DNA of 64,000 nt from Camelus dromedarius (taxonomy: Eukaryota). How positions within the stretch are numbered: the stretch's first letter is position 1; every line of letters begins with the position of its first letter. Positions 51,421 through 64,000 of this stretch are shown in pieces. The stretch lies in assembly GCF_036321535.1 (NCBI RefSeq), contig NC_087436.1, positions 38,380,001 through 38,444,000 on the forward strand. Reading direction: 5' to 3'. Both the position numbers and the translations under genes were made by a program. The notes below the pieces were generated by a model. It saw only the letters and a program-made list of their open reading frames with translations, had not been told where the DNA came from and did not search any database.

Positions 51421-51956
51421 TATTTTTTCTTCAAATTAGATTTGTAAATTTTATGGAAAAGAAAAATTACATGATACAAAAGGGCCTTATATTTTAAATG
51501 ATTTAAGAGTGTACTTGTATGTATGTTTTTATTTCATCTTACTCTGGAATATGAAAGTTACATATCCAACAAAACTAAGAGTTAAAGTCTCACATATCCA
51601 AAAATTATTTTTTAAAGTGAATTTTCAAAGGCCTTTTCCTTATTAAGAGTTTTACCTCAGAGAAACAGTCAAAAGATAAAATACACAGAGGAATTAGAAA
51701 AGCAAAAAAATTAATTAATTAAAAACATAAATAAAGTGAGCTTTCTGAATTGCTAAGCAATGAATGTGGTATTACTTATCATGAAATTATTAATTTTTAT
51801 ATCACTTCGAGTAAAAACATTGTGTTTACTAACTCCAAGTCATCGAGGACATCCAATTTATCACACTTGATCCCTCACCCACTGGATTTCTCAGGCAAGG
51901 GTGAGACTTCACTATGTCCAACACTTTTCAAGGTCTTTTCAAGGTTCGTTTCTCTT

Positions 51957-52383
51957 TTTTTTTTTTTTTTTTTTGTTCCTTTTAATATTTTATTTTTTTT
52001 ATTTGAAGATGATTAAGATTACTTTACAGTTTTGTTTCTAACTGCATCATGCTGTCTTTTTTTCTTAACATTTTTTATTGATTTATAATCATTTTACAAT
52101 GTTGTGTCAAATTCCAGTGTTCAGCACAATTTTTCAGTTATTCATGGACATATACACACTCATTGTCACATTTTTTTCTCTGTGAGTTATCATAACATTT
52201 TGTGTATATTTCCCTGTGCTATACAGTGTAGTCTATTCTACAATTTTGAAATCACAGTCTATCCCTTCCCACCCTCCACCCCCCTGGTAACCACAAGTCT
52301 ATTCTCTGTCTGTGAGTCTATTTCTGTCCTTTATTTACGCTTTGTTTTTGTTTGTTTGTTTGTTTTTGTTTTTTAGATTCCAA
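51957..52383 (-). mobile_element. Young 5'-truncated L1 with apparent 3' transduction and perfect 16-bp TSD
   Basis: L1 3' UTR 52382-52057 ends caataaaaaatgttaagaaaaaaa on minus. It is followed by 82 nt of extra sequence (52056-51975) and a T20 run (51955-51974). TSD aaggttcgtttctctt at 51941-51956 and 52384-52399. Confidence 0.9.
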
Positions 52384-52794
52384 AAGGTTCGTTTCTCTTG
52401 ACTGAGTATAAAGGGACAGATATCTCCATCCTGCTCATCCTATAGGTTAGAAGAGTTACAGCATCCAGACACTTCTCTCTCAAATATTCTTCTTTATCTT
52501 TAATTCTCCTAAACTTTTAATACTTTGCAATAGAGGTGAGAAGCTTAAAAACAGTAACATTGGTTTTTGACACTTCCTTTGAAAATTTAGCAAGATTTTT
52601 CTAACTTCACTTTGGAGATCAATGTGTTTTATCTCAGTGCATAAGCCAAAATTTCAATCTAATTTTAATTTTATATACACTTGCAGCAGAACATCTTACT
52701 AAAGACTTCACTGGCAGGTTATCTCCTCAGGATTTAACTAAAACTTTGTTTTTCAAAGCTGTACGGGAAATTTCCCCTGACTAGTCTATGGGTG

Positions 52795-52945
52795 TAGTAA
52801 ATTATTAATGGTGGTTTCTCTAGGAGGTGGGAATGGGGTGGTGGAGTGTCAGAGAATGTTCATTTCCTTCCTATCCATATTAGTTTATACATTTTTGTAT
52901 CTTTTATTTGCCTCCAGGAGCATATATTACTTCTGTAATTTAAAA
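52795..52945 (+). mobile_element. Old L1ME-like 3' end
   Basis: ttattaatggtggtttctctaggaggtgggaatgggg...gagcatatattacttctgtaatttaaaa. Confidence 0.55.
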
Positions 52946-53203
52946 CGTGTTGAAGATTTGAAATACAAGTAAAACACAGTTATGAAAAGTTTAAAAATAA
53001 AACAACTAGTAAAACAGAAAGAAAAATCCTGCAAGTAAGGCATAGAATAGAGATAGAGTTAGTAGAAGGGATATCTTTTGGTAGTAAAAAGCTGGAATTT
53101 TTCTATTTTCACAAAATCATTTTGATGTAGCGTCACCGAAACTATGCGGTGAGATTTTCCTCAGTCAAAATGACTGCACCAAAATGAATTTTTAAAGTGG
53201 TTA

Positions 53204-54308
53204 CAATAGTTCCCACTTACTCACAGTTTTGCTTTTGGAGGATTCAGTTACTACCTGCCCCCCACACACACACACACATCCGAAAATATTAAATGGAAAA
53301 TTCCAGAAATAAACAATTCATAAGTTTCAAATTTTGTACCACTCTGAGTAGTGTGATGAAATCTCACATCATCCTATTCTGTCCTGCCCTGACGTAAACC
53401 ATTCCATTGTCCAGTGTATCCCTCCCGTTAGTCACTAGGTAGCTTCTTGGTTATCAAGATGGATTGACTGTTGTGGTATCACAGTGCTTATGTTCAAGTA
53501 GCCCTTACTTTAACTTAATAATGGCCCTGAAGCCAGTGGCTAGTGTTGCTAGCCATTCAGATATACCAAAGAGATGCTGTTAAGTGTATCCTTTAAGTGA
53601 AATGTGAATGCTATCAGCTTAATCAGGAAAGAAAAAAAAAACAGTATGCTGAAGTTACTAAGATCTACAGTAAGAACGAATCTTCTTTTATGCATGAAAT
53701 TGTACAAAAGGAAAAAGAAATTCATGCTAGTTTTGCTGTCACACCTCCAACTGCAAAAGTTATGGCCACAGTGCATGATAGGCACTTAGCGAAGATGGAA
53801 AAGGCATCAAGTTTGTGGATGGAGGACATGAACAGAAAATGTGTTCCAACTGACAGCAATGTGTTGTGCCAGAAAGCATGGAGCCTCTACAAAACTTCAA
53901 CAAGGGATCCTCTGAATGGAGTGACACCAAGCTATTTACTTCAAGTCAGCAGTGGTTACAGAGATTCAGGAATAGGTTTAGATTGAAAAATACAAAAACT
54001 ACTGGAGAGGCTGCATTTTGCCGATGAAGAAACTGCCACATTTCCCACATTTCAGACAGGGCTGAGGAAGCTGGCTAAGGAGAGAGACCATGGTCACATG
54101 ACTTTTCCTGCAGTATATTGTTGTAATTTTTATATTTTATGATTAGTTGTTGTTCACCTCTTATCTTGCCTAATATATAAATTAAACTTTATCATAGGTA
54201 TAAATGTAGAGGGAAAAATTAATATCTATCCTGTTGGGTACTATCTGAGGTTTCAGGCATCCACTGGGGGTCTTGGAACATCACCCTGTGAATAAAGGGG
54301 GACTACTG
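53204..54308 (+). mobile_element. Tigger7/MER44-family TcMar DNA transposon, internally deleted
   Basis: TA flanks (53202-53203, 54309-54310); TIRs caatagttcccactta... / ...taaagggggactactg; MER44 right end ggtttcaggcatccactgggggtcttggaac. Confidence 0.9.
53521..54030 (+). pseudogene. Disrupted Tigger transposase N-terminus (CENP-B-type HTH DNA-binding region)
   Basis: ORF 53597-53986 gives KQYAEVTKIYSKNESS...EIVQKEKEI...KMEKASSLWMEDMNRKCVPTDSNVLCQKAWSLY. A shifted frame continues WLQRFRNRF...TGEAA. Stops and frameshifts follow the ATG at 53521; no DDE domain. Confidence 0.85.
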
Positions 54309-55985
54309 TACATCAGAGTGTTCTGCTTTTCTCGCCATGGAGACATCTGGGAAGGTAGCATACCCTTTGACACGATTCTCAGAGCCATCCTTGACAACTT
54401 ACCTGCACCTCTTAGCACATATGGATGGCCACTCTGTTCCTGATACAGATTTCACTTGCCTCCTTAGGATCTGATCTTGTCTGATACCCACCTACTCTAT
54501 CTGGTACAAATTTAGCTTGACCCTGGCACAGAGAATCTAGAGTGTTGCTTCCATATGTAAATGCCTGTCATTGCTCTTATAGATCATGCCAACCTGTCTC
54601 CTGAATCTTGAAGTGTGAGCACTCTTACCTGCTCCTTTCACTGTTCTTAAATGGTCCCGGACTCCATTTCTAAAATTGTTATGTCAGTCATTTTTCCGAG
54701 TTTCCTCTACCTAAGTAAGGCACCTAAACACTGTGCAAATTCCAGTGTCTTCTTCACAATGCTAAGAGGGACACTACAATACTTTGTATGGTATGGTCAC
54801 CACGCATTGAAATATCATTGTCCATCATTGGCTGCTTCCTGGCAGTTTACTGCTGTTACACAGAAAATGTCATGGTACTGAAGACCAGTGAAGACATCTT
54901 GGGTTAGACTTCAACTATAAAATGATTCCCTACTGAAAGGTGCTTTATCTCTCCCCCTACCATGACTCTGCTGCCATACCAGTCCTGACAGAGATCTACA
55001 GCCTTCAGAGATAATAGGTCATAATGAGAGACAAGTGTGAGACTGAGTTCTCCTACCTGAACCATTCCAGATGTATAAAGGATATTGGAAAAGGAGAGCA
55101 CTTTTCTATAAACATTGATGAAATTCTTAAGCAAAGCAGGGCACGTCTATACATAAAAAGAACTGAGATGGGGTTCCCTAACTCGAGACGTCACTGAGAA
55201 TGTGTGAACTTACGGTCTAATCTGAGAACTCCTCTTAGTTAACTATATAAATGTATACACCACAAACGCTGCTTTCAGCCACGGTGCAGGGAAAGAAGCT
55301 ACCTCCTATTATGCTTTGTTAAGAAGTAAGACTCTTACAAAGAATCATCAAGTGCATAGAAGAATAAGTTGTGTTTTCTCATGGCAATCACAAGTTGCTT
55401 TTTTACACTGAGAAGTTCTACTTGGTGAGTCGCCAGTTAAATCAGATTAGAATTTCCATCTCATCCACACTTATTTCAATGTGTTTGCTACTGAAGCCAG
55501 TTAGTACAAATACAAGTACACGTACCACCCATTAGACTGCTTGTTGAGTTCCCAGTCCTATTTCTCTAGTAGAACTGAAAGGGGAAAAAAAAAATCAGTC
55601 TTCATTCAAATGTGGGAGTTAGGAGAGTAATAAACAATAGTTCTAAGGTCACTTATGGGGCTGAGTTAGTTGAGCCCACTGGGCAAAATTCTGAACAAAA
55701 GCTTTATTTTCTCAGGCATTTAATACATATCCAAAATGTTCAACTTGGCATCTTAAGAAGTCTTGCTGCCTCCATCTTCAGGAAAATAAAGAAACCAAAA
55801 CTCCTCTTCAGCTCTATCCTTGAAAATTCCATCAGTTTACCACTCCAGAAGAACACAGATGCAACAGACCATCTTAGTAGGATGATGTTTTAACTTAAGT
55901 CTACAAGACCTTTTCACCCAATAAAAATACCCAAGAATTTGGAACATCTGCTTTGGTATCAACCCTGGAATCAATACCTATCAAT

Positions 55986-56025
55986 GACAGATAGATAGGT
56001 AGATAGATAGATAGATAGATAGATA
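55986..56025 (+). repeat. (GATA)n microsatellite
   Basis: Read directly. Confidence 0.95.
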
Positions 56026-56099
56026 ATCTCTCATAGTCGTCATAATCACCAGTGATATTTGGCCATTGTTGCTTATAATTTTTAAAAAATGAGATGAGG

Positions 56100-56510
56100 A
56101 TAACAATGCCATGACATAGCTTTGTCGAGCACCTGAGATATCATCTGATGCCAGTCAAGCTTTCATTTCCTACCTATAAAGCCTACTCTGTTTATTTGAA
56201 AATAGAATCCGGATTAATGGGGGGGGGGCACACAAACCCCAGGAACATATATTTGTTTGTTGGGAGTCAGGGCACTTGATTTCTCCTCTGAAAGATCCAC
56301 TAGCTGCATGAGGAAATAAATGTAAGCTAGCAGCGACCCACTGGGGACTCTTCTCTGGTCAGTTATTCCTCTTGTTGGCATATGGCACTACATGTATGAC
56401 TTTTACTGCTTTGTTTTTTTTTTTTTCTTTTATCTAGCTATCCTCATTGCTTGAGAAAACGTAATAAAACCTTTGTTTTCCTGAGAGCAGTCTCATCCTT
56501 TACTTTCAAC
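56100..56510 (+). mobile_element. Possible old LTR remnant
   Basis: TATAAA-like box (~56175), G10 run, and a U5-like end gtaataaaacctttgttttcctgagagcagtctc; family not recognised. Confidence 0.3.
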
Positions 56511-57329
56511 AGCACCTGAGGGTTCTTCAAACACTCTAAAGGAAAACTTACAGCCCAATAGATTTCTCAGCTCACACATCCCAGGCCACACAGTGGCCAC
56601 ATAAGACAAATATTTCCTGGTATGAATTAGATCCAACAATTCATTTACAACAGTATGCTAATGAGGCAAAACAGTCAACATGAACAAAGAAAACCCCATG
56701 CCACAAAGTGTCAGAAAAATGGTTCGATGTAAGTAATTCCTCTTTATGATCCACTGAGAATATATGAGAATAAGTAACTTCCTACTCCTTGATCACAAAG
56801 CAAAGCTGAAACATTAGAAAATTCATAAAATGAATTCCAGAAAATTCATTAAAATCGTAAGTTGTAGTATCATAACTTAAGAAGAGTCAACCAAAAAGAG
56901 GAACTAAATGGGAAAATTCCATATTCAATTTTTTTTCTTGGTTAGCAAGGATTGAAAATAGTACCCATACAAGTGACTGGATATACACCTTCAAAAAGGG
57001 CTCCCTTTGAAATGATTATCAGTTGATTCTCTCCTGCTTTGAACTATAGGTTAAAATCCATAATGAAAGATTGAAGCTGAAATAGCATGTATAGTTTACA
57101 TGGTTTACTCATCTGTAAAATGCTACATAAATAAAAAGGAGAAGAAGTGAGAAAAAAGAAGCAAGACTAAAGAAATAGTAATAACATGAGACAAAATATT
57201 TTACTGCAGTTGGCTAAACTTTGGGGTTTGGGGTTTCAGGTTTTTTAAAGCTAATATTCAGCGGCAGTCTAAAACATCTGTGTAATGCCATTTTCCAACT
57301 CATAAGACATCCTAAATTTGTTGCCTTCA

Positions 57330-57520
57330 ATGGTATATTTGCCATAACAAAAATCCCATAGACTGGGTGACTTAACCAACAGAAATTGATTTTCTCCCAG
57401 TTTAGGGGCTGGAAAGCCTGAGACTGAGGTGTGGGCCAAGTGGGTTCCTGGTGAGAATTCTCCTGCCTTGCAGACGGCCTCCTTCTCACTGTCTTCTCAT
57501 GGCAGAGAGAGGGAAGGCAG
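57330..57520 (-). mobile_element. MLT1A-like MaLR LTR (partial)
   Basis: tgccataacaaaaatcccatagactgggtgacttaaccaacagaaattgattttctcccagttt...ttcctggtgagaattctcctgccttgcagacggcctccttctcactgtc. Confidence 0.85.
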
Positions 57521-57814
57521 GACAGAGACTAGAGTTCATCTGCCCTACCATCATCACCAGCAAGGTGTACGGGCCCTTACCTTCCTTCTCCTGTCCTCAC
57601 AGTGTCCTAGCTTGCTGCAAGGGTATATGTTGGAGGAGACTGGGGAAGATTTCAAGGCACAGATGGGCAACACTCCATCTGGTCAGTCATCAAGAAAGTT
57701 CTGAAAATCACTGAGTGAAAAATACATTCACTGGACATAGATTGGAAAAACAGCCAGTCTACTTAGTCCCTGGGCACAAGAAATGGACAGTATTTGGAGG
57801 CTGGAGTACAGCAT

Positions 57815-58076
57815 AAGGAAATAATCAGAAATGCAGGCAAAGAATTATGTACCAGGATGTTCACAGAAGCATTATTTAAAATTGCAGAATAAGGCAAAAA
57901 AAAAAAATTGGACTCAAACCAAATAGCCCCAAATAGAGGATGGTTAAATAAGATGGACTATTAAACAGATATTAAATAACATGTTTTCAGGTTATACTTA
58001 ATTAAATGGAAAAATATGTATAATACACCATAAAGTTAAAAAACATGCATAGCTATATATACAATATGTTTCAAAT
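57815..58076 (+). mobile_element. Old L1ME-like fragment
   Basis: aaggaaataatcagaaatgcaggcaaagaattatgtaccaggatgttcacagaagcattattt...aatagaggatggttaaataag. Confidence 0.75.
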
Positions 58077-58489
58077 CAGTGTCAAAAGAGCTACGTTCAA
58101 AATGAGCTGAGACTTGTGAAAAATGCTTAGGACAACATAAAGTACTTTTTCATCATATTTTAGGCAATGAGGAAAGAAAAGGCAGGCAAAGAAGGACCTG
58201 ACTGCTTGGAGAAGAGAGCAATTTGCTAACAGACAACATAATTTTATTTTTCTCCAGCAACAAAAATGATCTTCAAGTTCTAGAAATAGAATATACAATA
58301 AAAATATATGTTTCAACTCCAAATGGTGAAGAAGGCTAGTTGATAAGCTAGATAAGAATAAAAATCATATCCATTTTTGTGTAGTATCATGTCTATAACA
58401 TCTGGCACATCACACACAGTGGTTGGTATCTCAGACAAAATGGTGACAAACATATGAGTACAGAAATGAACACACAGTAATAAGGGACA

Positions 58490-58842
58490 AGAGTAGTGGT
58501 TAAAAGGGGCTGGGGGTCAGGAGTGGGGAAAATGGGGAGATACTGGTCAAAGGACATAAATTCCAGTTGTAAGATTAACATTGGGGATCTACTATATAGC
58601 ATAGTGATTATAACTAATTATCTTGTATTACATACTTGAAAGTTTCAAAGAGAGTAGATCTTAAATGTTCTCACCACATAAAAGAAATGGTAATTATATG
58701 ACAGGACGGAGCTCCTAGCCAACGCTGTGGTGGATCTGATTTGTAATATATAAACATATTAAATCAACACGTGTACACCTTAAACTTATTCAATGTTACG
58801 TGTCAATTACAGCTCAGTAAAACTGGAAAACAAATTTTAAAA
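58490..58842 (+). mobile_element. L1MA-type L1 3' UTR
   Basis: ggggagatactggtcaaaggacataaattccagtt...gagagtagatcttaaatgttctcaccac...tgtacaccttaaactt...tgtcaattacagctcagtaaaactgg. Confidence 0.9.
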
Positions 58843-59279
58843 GCAGAATTAAGGACTTTAAAAAGATTCAGCAGCATCTCAAGCTACTGACAAAATGCAC
58901 AAGTATGTCCTTGAAGTATTTGTAGGTAAGTTTCAAAAAGTCAATCTCTTGAGTGGCTTCAAACGATCTCCTGAGGGTGGAGAGAAGATTCTCAAGAATC
59001 GATCCAGAACACATGAAGACTGATATATTTGATGCATTCGATCTTGATGCTCAAGGAGATTTTAGAGTAGACTGCCAAACAAATGACTGATGTGGAAGAA
59101 ATGCAGTACTTTAATGTCAAAATAATTTTATACCCTTTTATCCATATGTGAACCAATAGAACTAAGTCTCTGCTGGCAATCGTTTTTAATATTTGGTGAA
59201 AAAAATAATTTAAAACAAACAGGGAACAACTGGAGATTTTTGAACAGGGAAATACTGTCATATCTGTACCTAATTCACT

Positions 59280-59660
59280 TGAAAGTGAAGAGACCAGAGG
59301 CCTAAAGATCAAGCATAATGGCAAACTGAAATTTTCCAGGCAAAGACAATCACAGAATAAAAACTTAAAAATTAAATTTAAAAAGAAAATGTTGAGAGTA
59401 AAGATGTAAAGAGGAAGCCAGTGGTACAACTGACAGACCTACATGGAAGAACAGAAATGGAGAAAATCACAGATTTCAAAAAAGGATAGATGGCTAAGTG
59501 AATAGTGGTACCATAACTAGAAAGAAGAAAGTCAAGTGGAAACAGTGAGGTGATGCTTAGTTCAATTATTGATCAGAACACATGTGAACTCTCAGTCAAA
59601 AATAATGCAGTGAGATTATGGAATTGCCTCTCTAAAGAAGTGAAAATACAGATCTCAGAG
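59280..59660 (-). mobile_element. L2 fragment
   Basis: gaagagaccag...ttttccaggcaaagacaat...gtgaatagtggtaccataactaga...tgatgcttagttcaatt. Confidence 0.5.
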
Positions 59661-62600
59661 TCCTGCTTCCAGTGTCATAACAGAACCCTGGAGGCCGAGG
59701 CCCCTACATTGTGCACACAGCCCTAGGGACCAGAGCACACGATCTGCTGTAACTGGTATTCAGAATAAAGAGCCTCCATCTTCTACAAAAGGTGAAAGTT
59801 CACATGGTTCTGAGTGTAGTCCATGCCATTAACTGCTTCCTCTAATCCCGCTGTTCACTGTGTACTAAAGACTCATCAACAAGCAGTTTCCCTCTTGAGA
59901 TTGCCACATAATGCGAAATGTTAAAGCTTCTATTTCAGTACTGTCTAATTAAGAATGACAGAAAGATGTGTTGTAGAAATATTTATATCAGAAATAGTAA
60001 ACAAAAAATTTAGGTTTGGCATCTAAATGTCTATGTTTCAATTATTTGGGAAATGTTCTGACCTAAAACGTATCTTTCTTAGGCAACACTGGGAAGATGA
60101 GGTGCTGCCTTATTGGTTTACCCATTCCAAATCATAGATTATACACAGACAGTGAAGTGATTGAGAAGTAATTTTGGTTTCCTCTTCAGAAAGGAGGATC
60201 AGAGAGTTTTTTTAAAAAATAATAATCATCAAGTAAAGCAATGGCAAACATTCTGAAAATATTGAGTGTTATAAGCCATTTTTGATATCTATTACATTTT
60301 AGGGAAGATAATCAGTCAATATTGCAATCTCAAATATAAACGTGCAGAGTGCTAAATCCTCTTCCAAACTAAACTCAAAAACCTCAAAGATGATTTTCTA
60401 CAATAAACAAGACAAAGCAGTTTACTTATGGCCCCAAGTTAGACTTTGAAGTTTGCCTTTAAAGAACATATTTAAAAGTAGTTCTCAAAAAGAATGTTAC
60501 TCATGAGAATGAAAGGAAATATTAAATCCTTTAAATTTTTACTTTTAATCCTCTTTGAGAAATGCTTTAATGACTCCTTTGATACGATATGATTCATAAT
60601 AACCCTTTAAAAACAGAGCAATAACAAAAACATCTTTGAAATTAGCAATTCAAAAATTCTATAATCTCACTATCTATGTCTATCTCAGAATCATAATATC
60701 AAATTGACTGTAAGGATGTCATTATTTTATGTACCACAAGGAAAAGAAAACAAATACATGAGTTATAATACAATGTTTTCTGTAACAACTTTTACTACAT
60801 ACTTATTGAAAGGACTTTATATTAATTAAGGTATAGTTTTTACCTTATGTCATTCTTGAGCCTACATAAAAGTGAAAAGATAAGCGAAACAAGTTGGTTA
60901 AGGTATTCCTAAAGTTCACTCATAGTCCAAGTCCAACCTTTCACAATATTTTTAAATCCAAAGTCATGGGTAACCATGTTTTCCCACACAATACTGTCAC
61001 CTGTATCGTCACAAATGCTGGTGATGCACTATGTCTCTGGAATTGGATTCCAACTTGCTGACACATTCTGCAAGTTTTTATGCACACTCAAGCAAAGACA
61101 ACTCCATCAGGACTACCACAAGACACAACCTGTTTCCAGAGAAGTTAAAATGTTAAAATGTGAAGACAAATGTAAATATTAGAATCTTTGAAAGATGATG
61201 TATCTTAGATGTCGAGATTTGTAAAGAAATTTTGTCTATAGCTCTAGTTTCTTACAGGCATCCTGGAAGTTCTTCACTGAACCTGAGCTTCTAAATCTGG
61301 AATTTAACAAAGTGTTAACTCCATTTTATAGGGTTAATTCAGGGCTTTAAAAAAGAAAACAGCAGCCTTTCTACTACTTCTTTTACTGTAGTGATGATGT
61401 CAACACCAGCATCATTACCAGCTGCAGCAAAACCATCAATTTATTTGTACCTACATCTTAGAGGCTATTAAGTTTAGTTTACGTAGAACTGAACTCAGTC
61501 TATTCTCACGTTCTCAAGATAAAATCCTTGCTTCTCAGAAGTTACAAGTAAATCTAAGAGAGATGGCCCTTTTCTGAGAAAATAATGTCTTCTTATTTTA
61601 AGTGTATAGACTGATTTCTGGAAGTTAGGTTCCAATTTTCTGAGGCTATAAACACTGAGTCAAGCACATACTCCTGAAGTAAACATCCTAGGAGTCAGAC
61701 TAGTATGATATGTATGATTAAGGCACCGCTGTTCTCACTTTTGGAAGTTTATACATAAACCAGAGAAAATCAGCTACAAGATGAATCTAAATAAATACTG
61801 TGCCTGAATATATTATGTATACTGAAGTTTTAGTTTTCCAGCTTTCATAGCAGTACTGACTCAGATTAGTTTTGAGATTTTATTTTTACTTACCCAAAAT
61901 CACACGAAGCAGAAAACACAGAAATAGTGAAATATTTTCTAGAATTTACATATAAAATATTTTTAAATGCTAAACTCTGATCTATGTACCACTGGGAAAA
62001 TTACATATAATGGCACCCAAATTTTGAGGCAGGAAGACTAGGAAAAATAGAAAACAGGAAATAATATACTTTACTAGGCCTTTTTTCATGCATATATTTA
62101 TTATTTCTTTAAGACATGTAAGTATTATCAATCTTTGATTAAAAGCATGAAAGAAGAGCAACTTGAAATGGATTTTGACTGAAATAAGAGAATTATAATA
62201 ACCTAAAAATAAAACTACATTAATATGCACCTTTTTTTCATAGGAAAATAGATTTAGCTAGAGGTGATACTCAGAGCATTTAATAACTGCTGGGCACAGG
62301 CACTAATCAATGCCAGTAGCACTGCTGTCAACAACCAAAACAACCTTATCAGTGCCATCAACTGGATACTAAGCCATCAGTCTGCACGTGATGTGCCCCA
62401 CAAAACTGCTCAATATCTTAATATATGAAAGAAATAAATAACATATTTAAGTTATTTATTGTTTACTTACTAGAAGATTTTTGTTTCTTTGGACTGATCA
62501 GTTAATACAGGGGGAAAACCCTGATTTTGTTTGTTCAGAAAGAAATTGTGAAACTTTTCCATTAATGGGCAATGGATAATGCAGATATGGTGACCAGCTA

Positions 62601-63204
62601 CTTGAATTATTAGGGATGACTGAAGAATCCGACAGAGGGAGAAAAAAAAGGAATTCAGAAAAATGACAACAAAGAAGAAAGATGGCCAATGAGCGGTTCC
62701 CAGTAGCCAGAGGACTTTTACCTACTGTCCTGATCTAACGTGTTTAACTTCTGTGTTTAATCCTCCTATATTAGCCATCAAATCTAAGACACTTACATGG
62801 ATAACCTTGTTGTGGTATACTTTAGAGGAATGGAAAAACCAAGTCTGGTTTTTTTACTTATATTTAGGAAAGAAGTAGAGTAGAAAAAGGACAGAACCTA
62901 AAGAAAATGACAAATAGGAATTGAGAAACCAGCAGGAGCAGGAATTTAGAGCAGACTAGAAATCGGCCCACCTTAAAACAAGAATCAATAGAAACAATGG
63001 GCAAAGCCGTATGCCTCTTGCAATATGTAGGATGGAAGTTAGTCTGTTACATTTGGCTGTATCAAGAAAAGGTACTATCAGAAAGCTAGACTACTTGGGA
63101 TTTCTTTGCTTTACTATCTAATAATGCTTGCCATTAGTTTTTTAGTTCTCAGTGTCAAAGAATCTGAAAAGTTATTTTAGAATAGGTACAGATTCATGGC
63201 TTAT

Positions 63205-63260
<56 letters not shown>
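63205..63260 (+). repeat. Compound (TA)n(CA)n(TA)n microsatellite
   Basis: Read directly. Confidence 0.95.
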
Positions 63261-64000
63261 GTGTTTTTCCTTATTCTTTTAGAAACATATACTTCTAAGT
63301 TATTCATATCTTTGGCTCAGTGTTTTCTGCCACATTGTATCATTTTAAAATATTAAATGTCTCCATCAAATAAACCAAAAAATCTCCTCTCTCATCCTAA
63401 AAAAATATAGTCAATCATTCGTTGTTATTCTCACTCAAATGCGTGGATAGTCTGTCACATATTTATTTGGACCATTTGGATGGAAATAAAGAAAAAGAAC
63501 ATTCTTGATGTCAGTTAAGCATAATCACTCATATGGACCATAACTGACATTGAAACCAATTTATTTGTCAATGTTTGTGTAGGAGATGGCTTGGAAATGG
63601 GCCAACTCTTTAAGCCCCACCTGTGTCAAATCAAACCCTGGGAACCAGTCTGGAGGTAGGAATTATGCAATGCAGATAAAAATTTTATTTACTTCTTGGA
63701 ATTCTATTATGTCTAAATTTCTAACATAGAAATTCCTAGAATACTGCTATTCAGAATATTTGAGTGAAGTAAGTTAGACAAAACAAAAGATTGACGAACA
63801 TTATGAATCTCCACATCAGATAATGATTCTTGATTTTTGTGAGGAAATATATTTGCCAATAAAACAGCTTGGAATGCAAGAATTAGGTAGAACAAATAAA
63901 GAACAGATATTAACAGAACAAAGTTGAAGAGTTGCAAAGTCCTAAATGTAACTCTAATCATCGCTGTTCCAGAGGACAGATTATAAACATTCTCAAGATA

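Noticed and set aside
58868..59014. 48-aa minus ORF MCSGSILENLLSTLRR...LRCC and overlapping 145-aa ORF 58992-59429
   Set aside because: No recognisable homology, the length is compatible with chance, and the longer ORF runs into probable L2 sequence.
19181..61863. Scattered AP-1 heptamers TGASTCA (e.g. 19181, 26105, 35274, 36476, 61857)
   Set aside because: The count is within chance expectation for a 7-mer in 64 kb.
63713..63961. 82-aa ORF with a hydrophobic N-terminus
   Set aside because: T-rich strand bias produces F/L/I runs; no splice or homology support.
1..64000. Six-frame ORFs as protein-coding genes
   Set aside because: All are 145 aa or shorter, and many have non-ATG starts. None resembles a cellular protein I recognise. 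Those I can recognise are TE relics (L1 ORF2 end, Tigger transposase).
1..64000. CRISPR arrays, operons, defence systems, tRNA/rRNA/snRNA genes
   Set aside because: This is eutherian genomic DNA. I saw no repeat-spacer array or structural RNA gene.

Overview
Mammalian (eutherian) genomic DNA, AT-rich and apparently non-coding. I could not support any protein-coding exon, tRNA, rRNA or CRISPR array, and I found no convincing new biological system. The only clear gene landmark is a small CpG-island promoter at ~715-1000 with ETS, YY1 and GC-box motifs. I cannot name its gene; it is probably transcribed leftwards, with possible divergent transcription. The other ~63 kb is upstream, intergenic or intronic DNA with many recognisable transposon relics: MIR, L2, probable CR1/L3, MaLR MLT1 LTRs (one with LTR-internal-LTR structure), LTR33, an ERV1-like solo LTR, hAT MER5/MER58B/Charlie4a, a Tigger7/MER44 element with a broken transposase, and old and young L1 3' ends. 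I saw no Alu, B1/B2, Bov-A/tA, PRE-1, CHR-2 or SINEC elements. The young L1 3' UTRs resemble cetartiodactyl L1, so a camelid source is a tentative inference. Best observations: a young L1 insertion with a perfect 16-bp TSD and an apparent 82-nt 3' transduction (51941-52399), opposed consensus splice donors near the promoter, a (TG)21(CG)11 Z-DNA-prone tract, and a full-consensus CTCF motif at ~31.9 kb. Repeat family names come from recalled consensus sequences, not a database search, and old-repeat boundaries are approximate.
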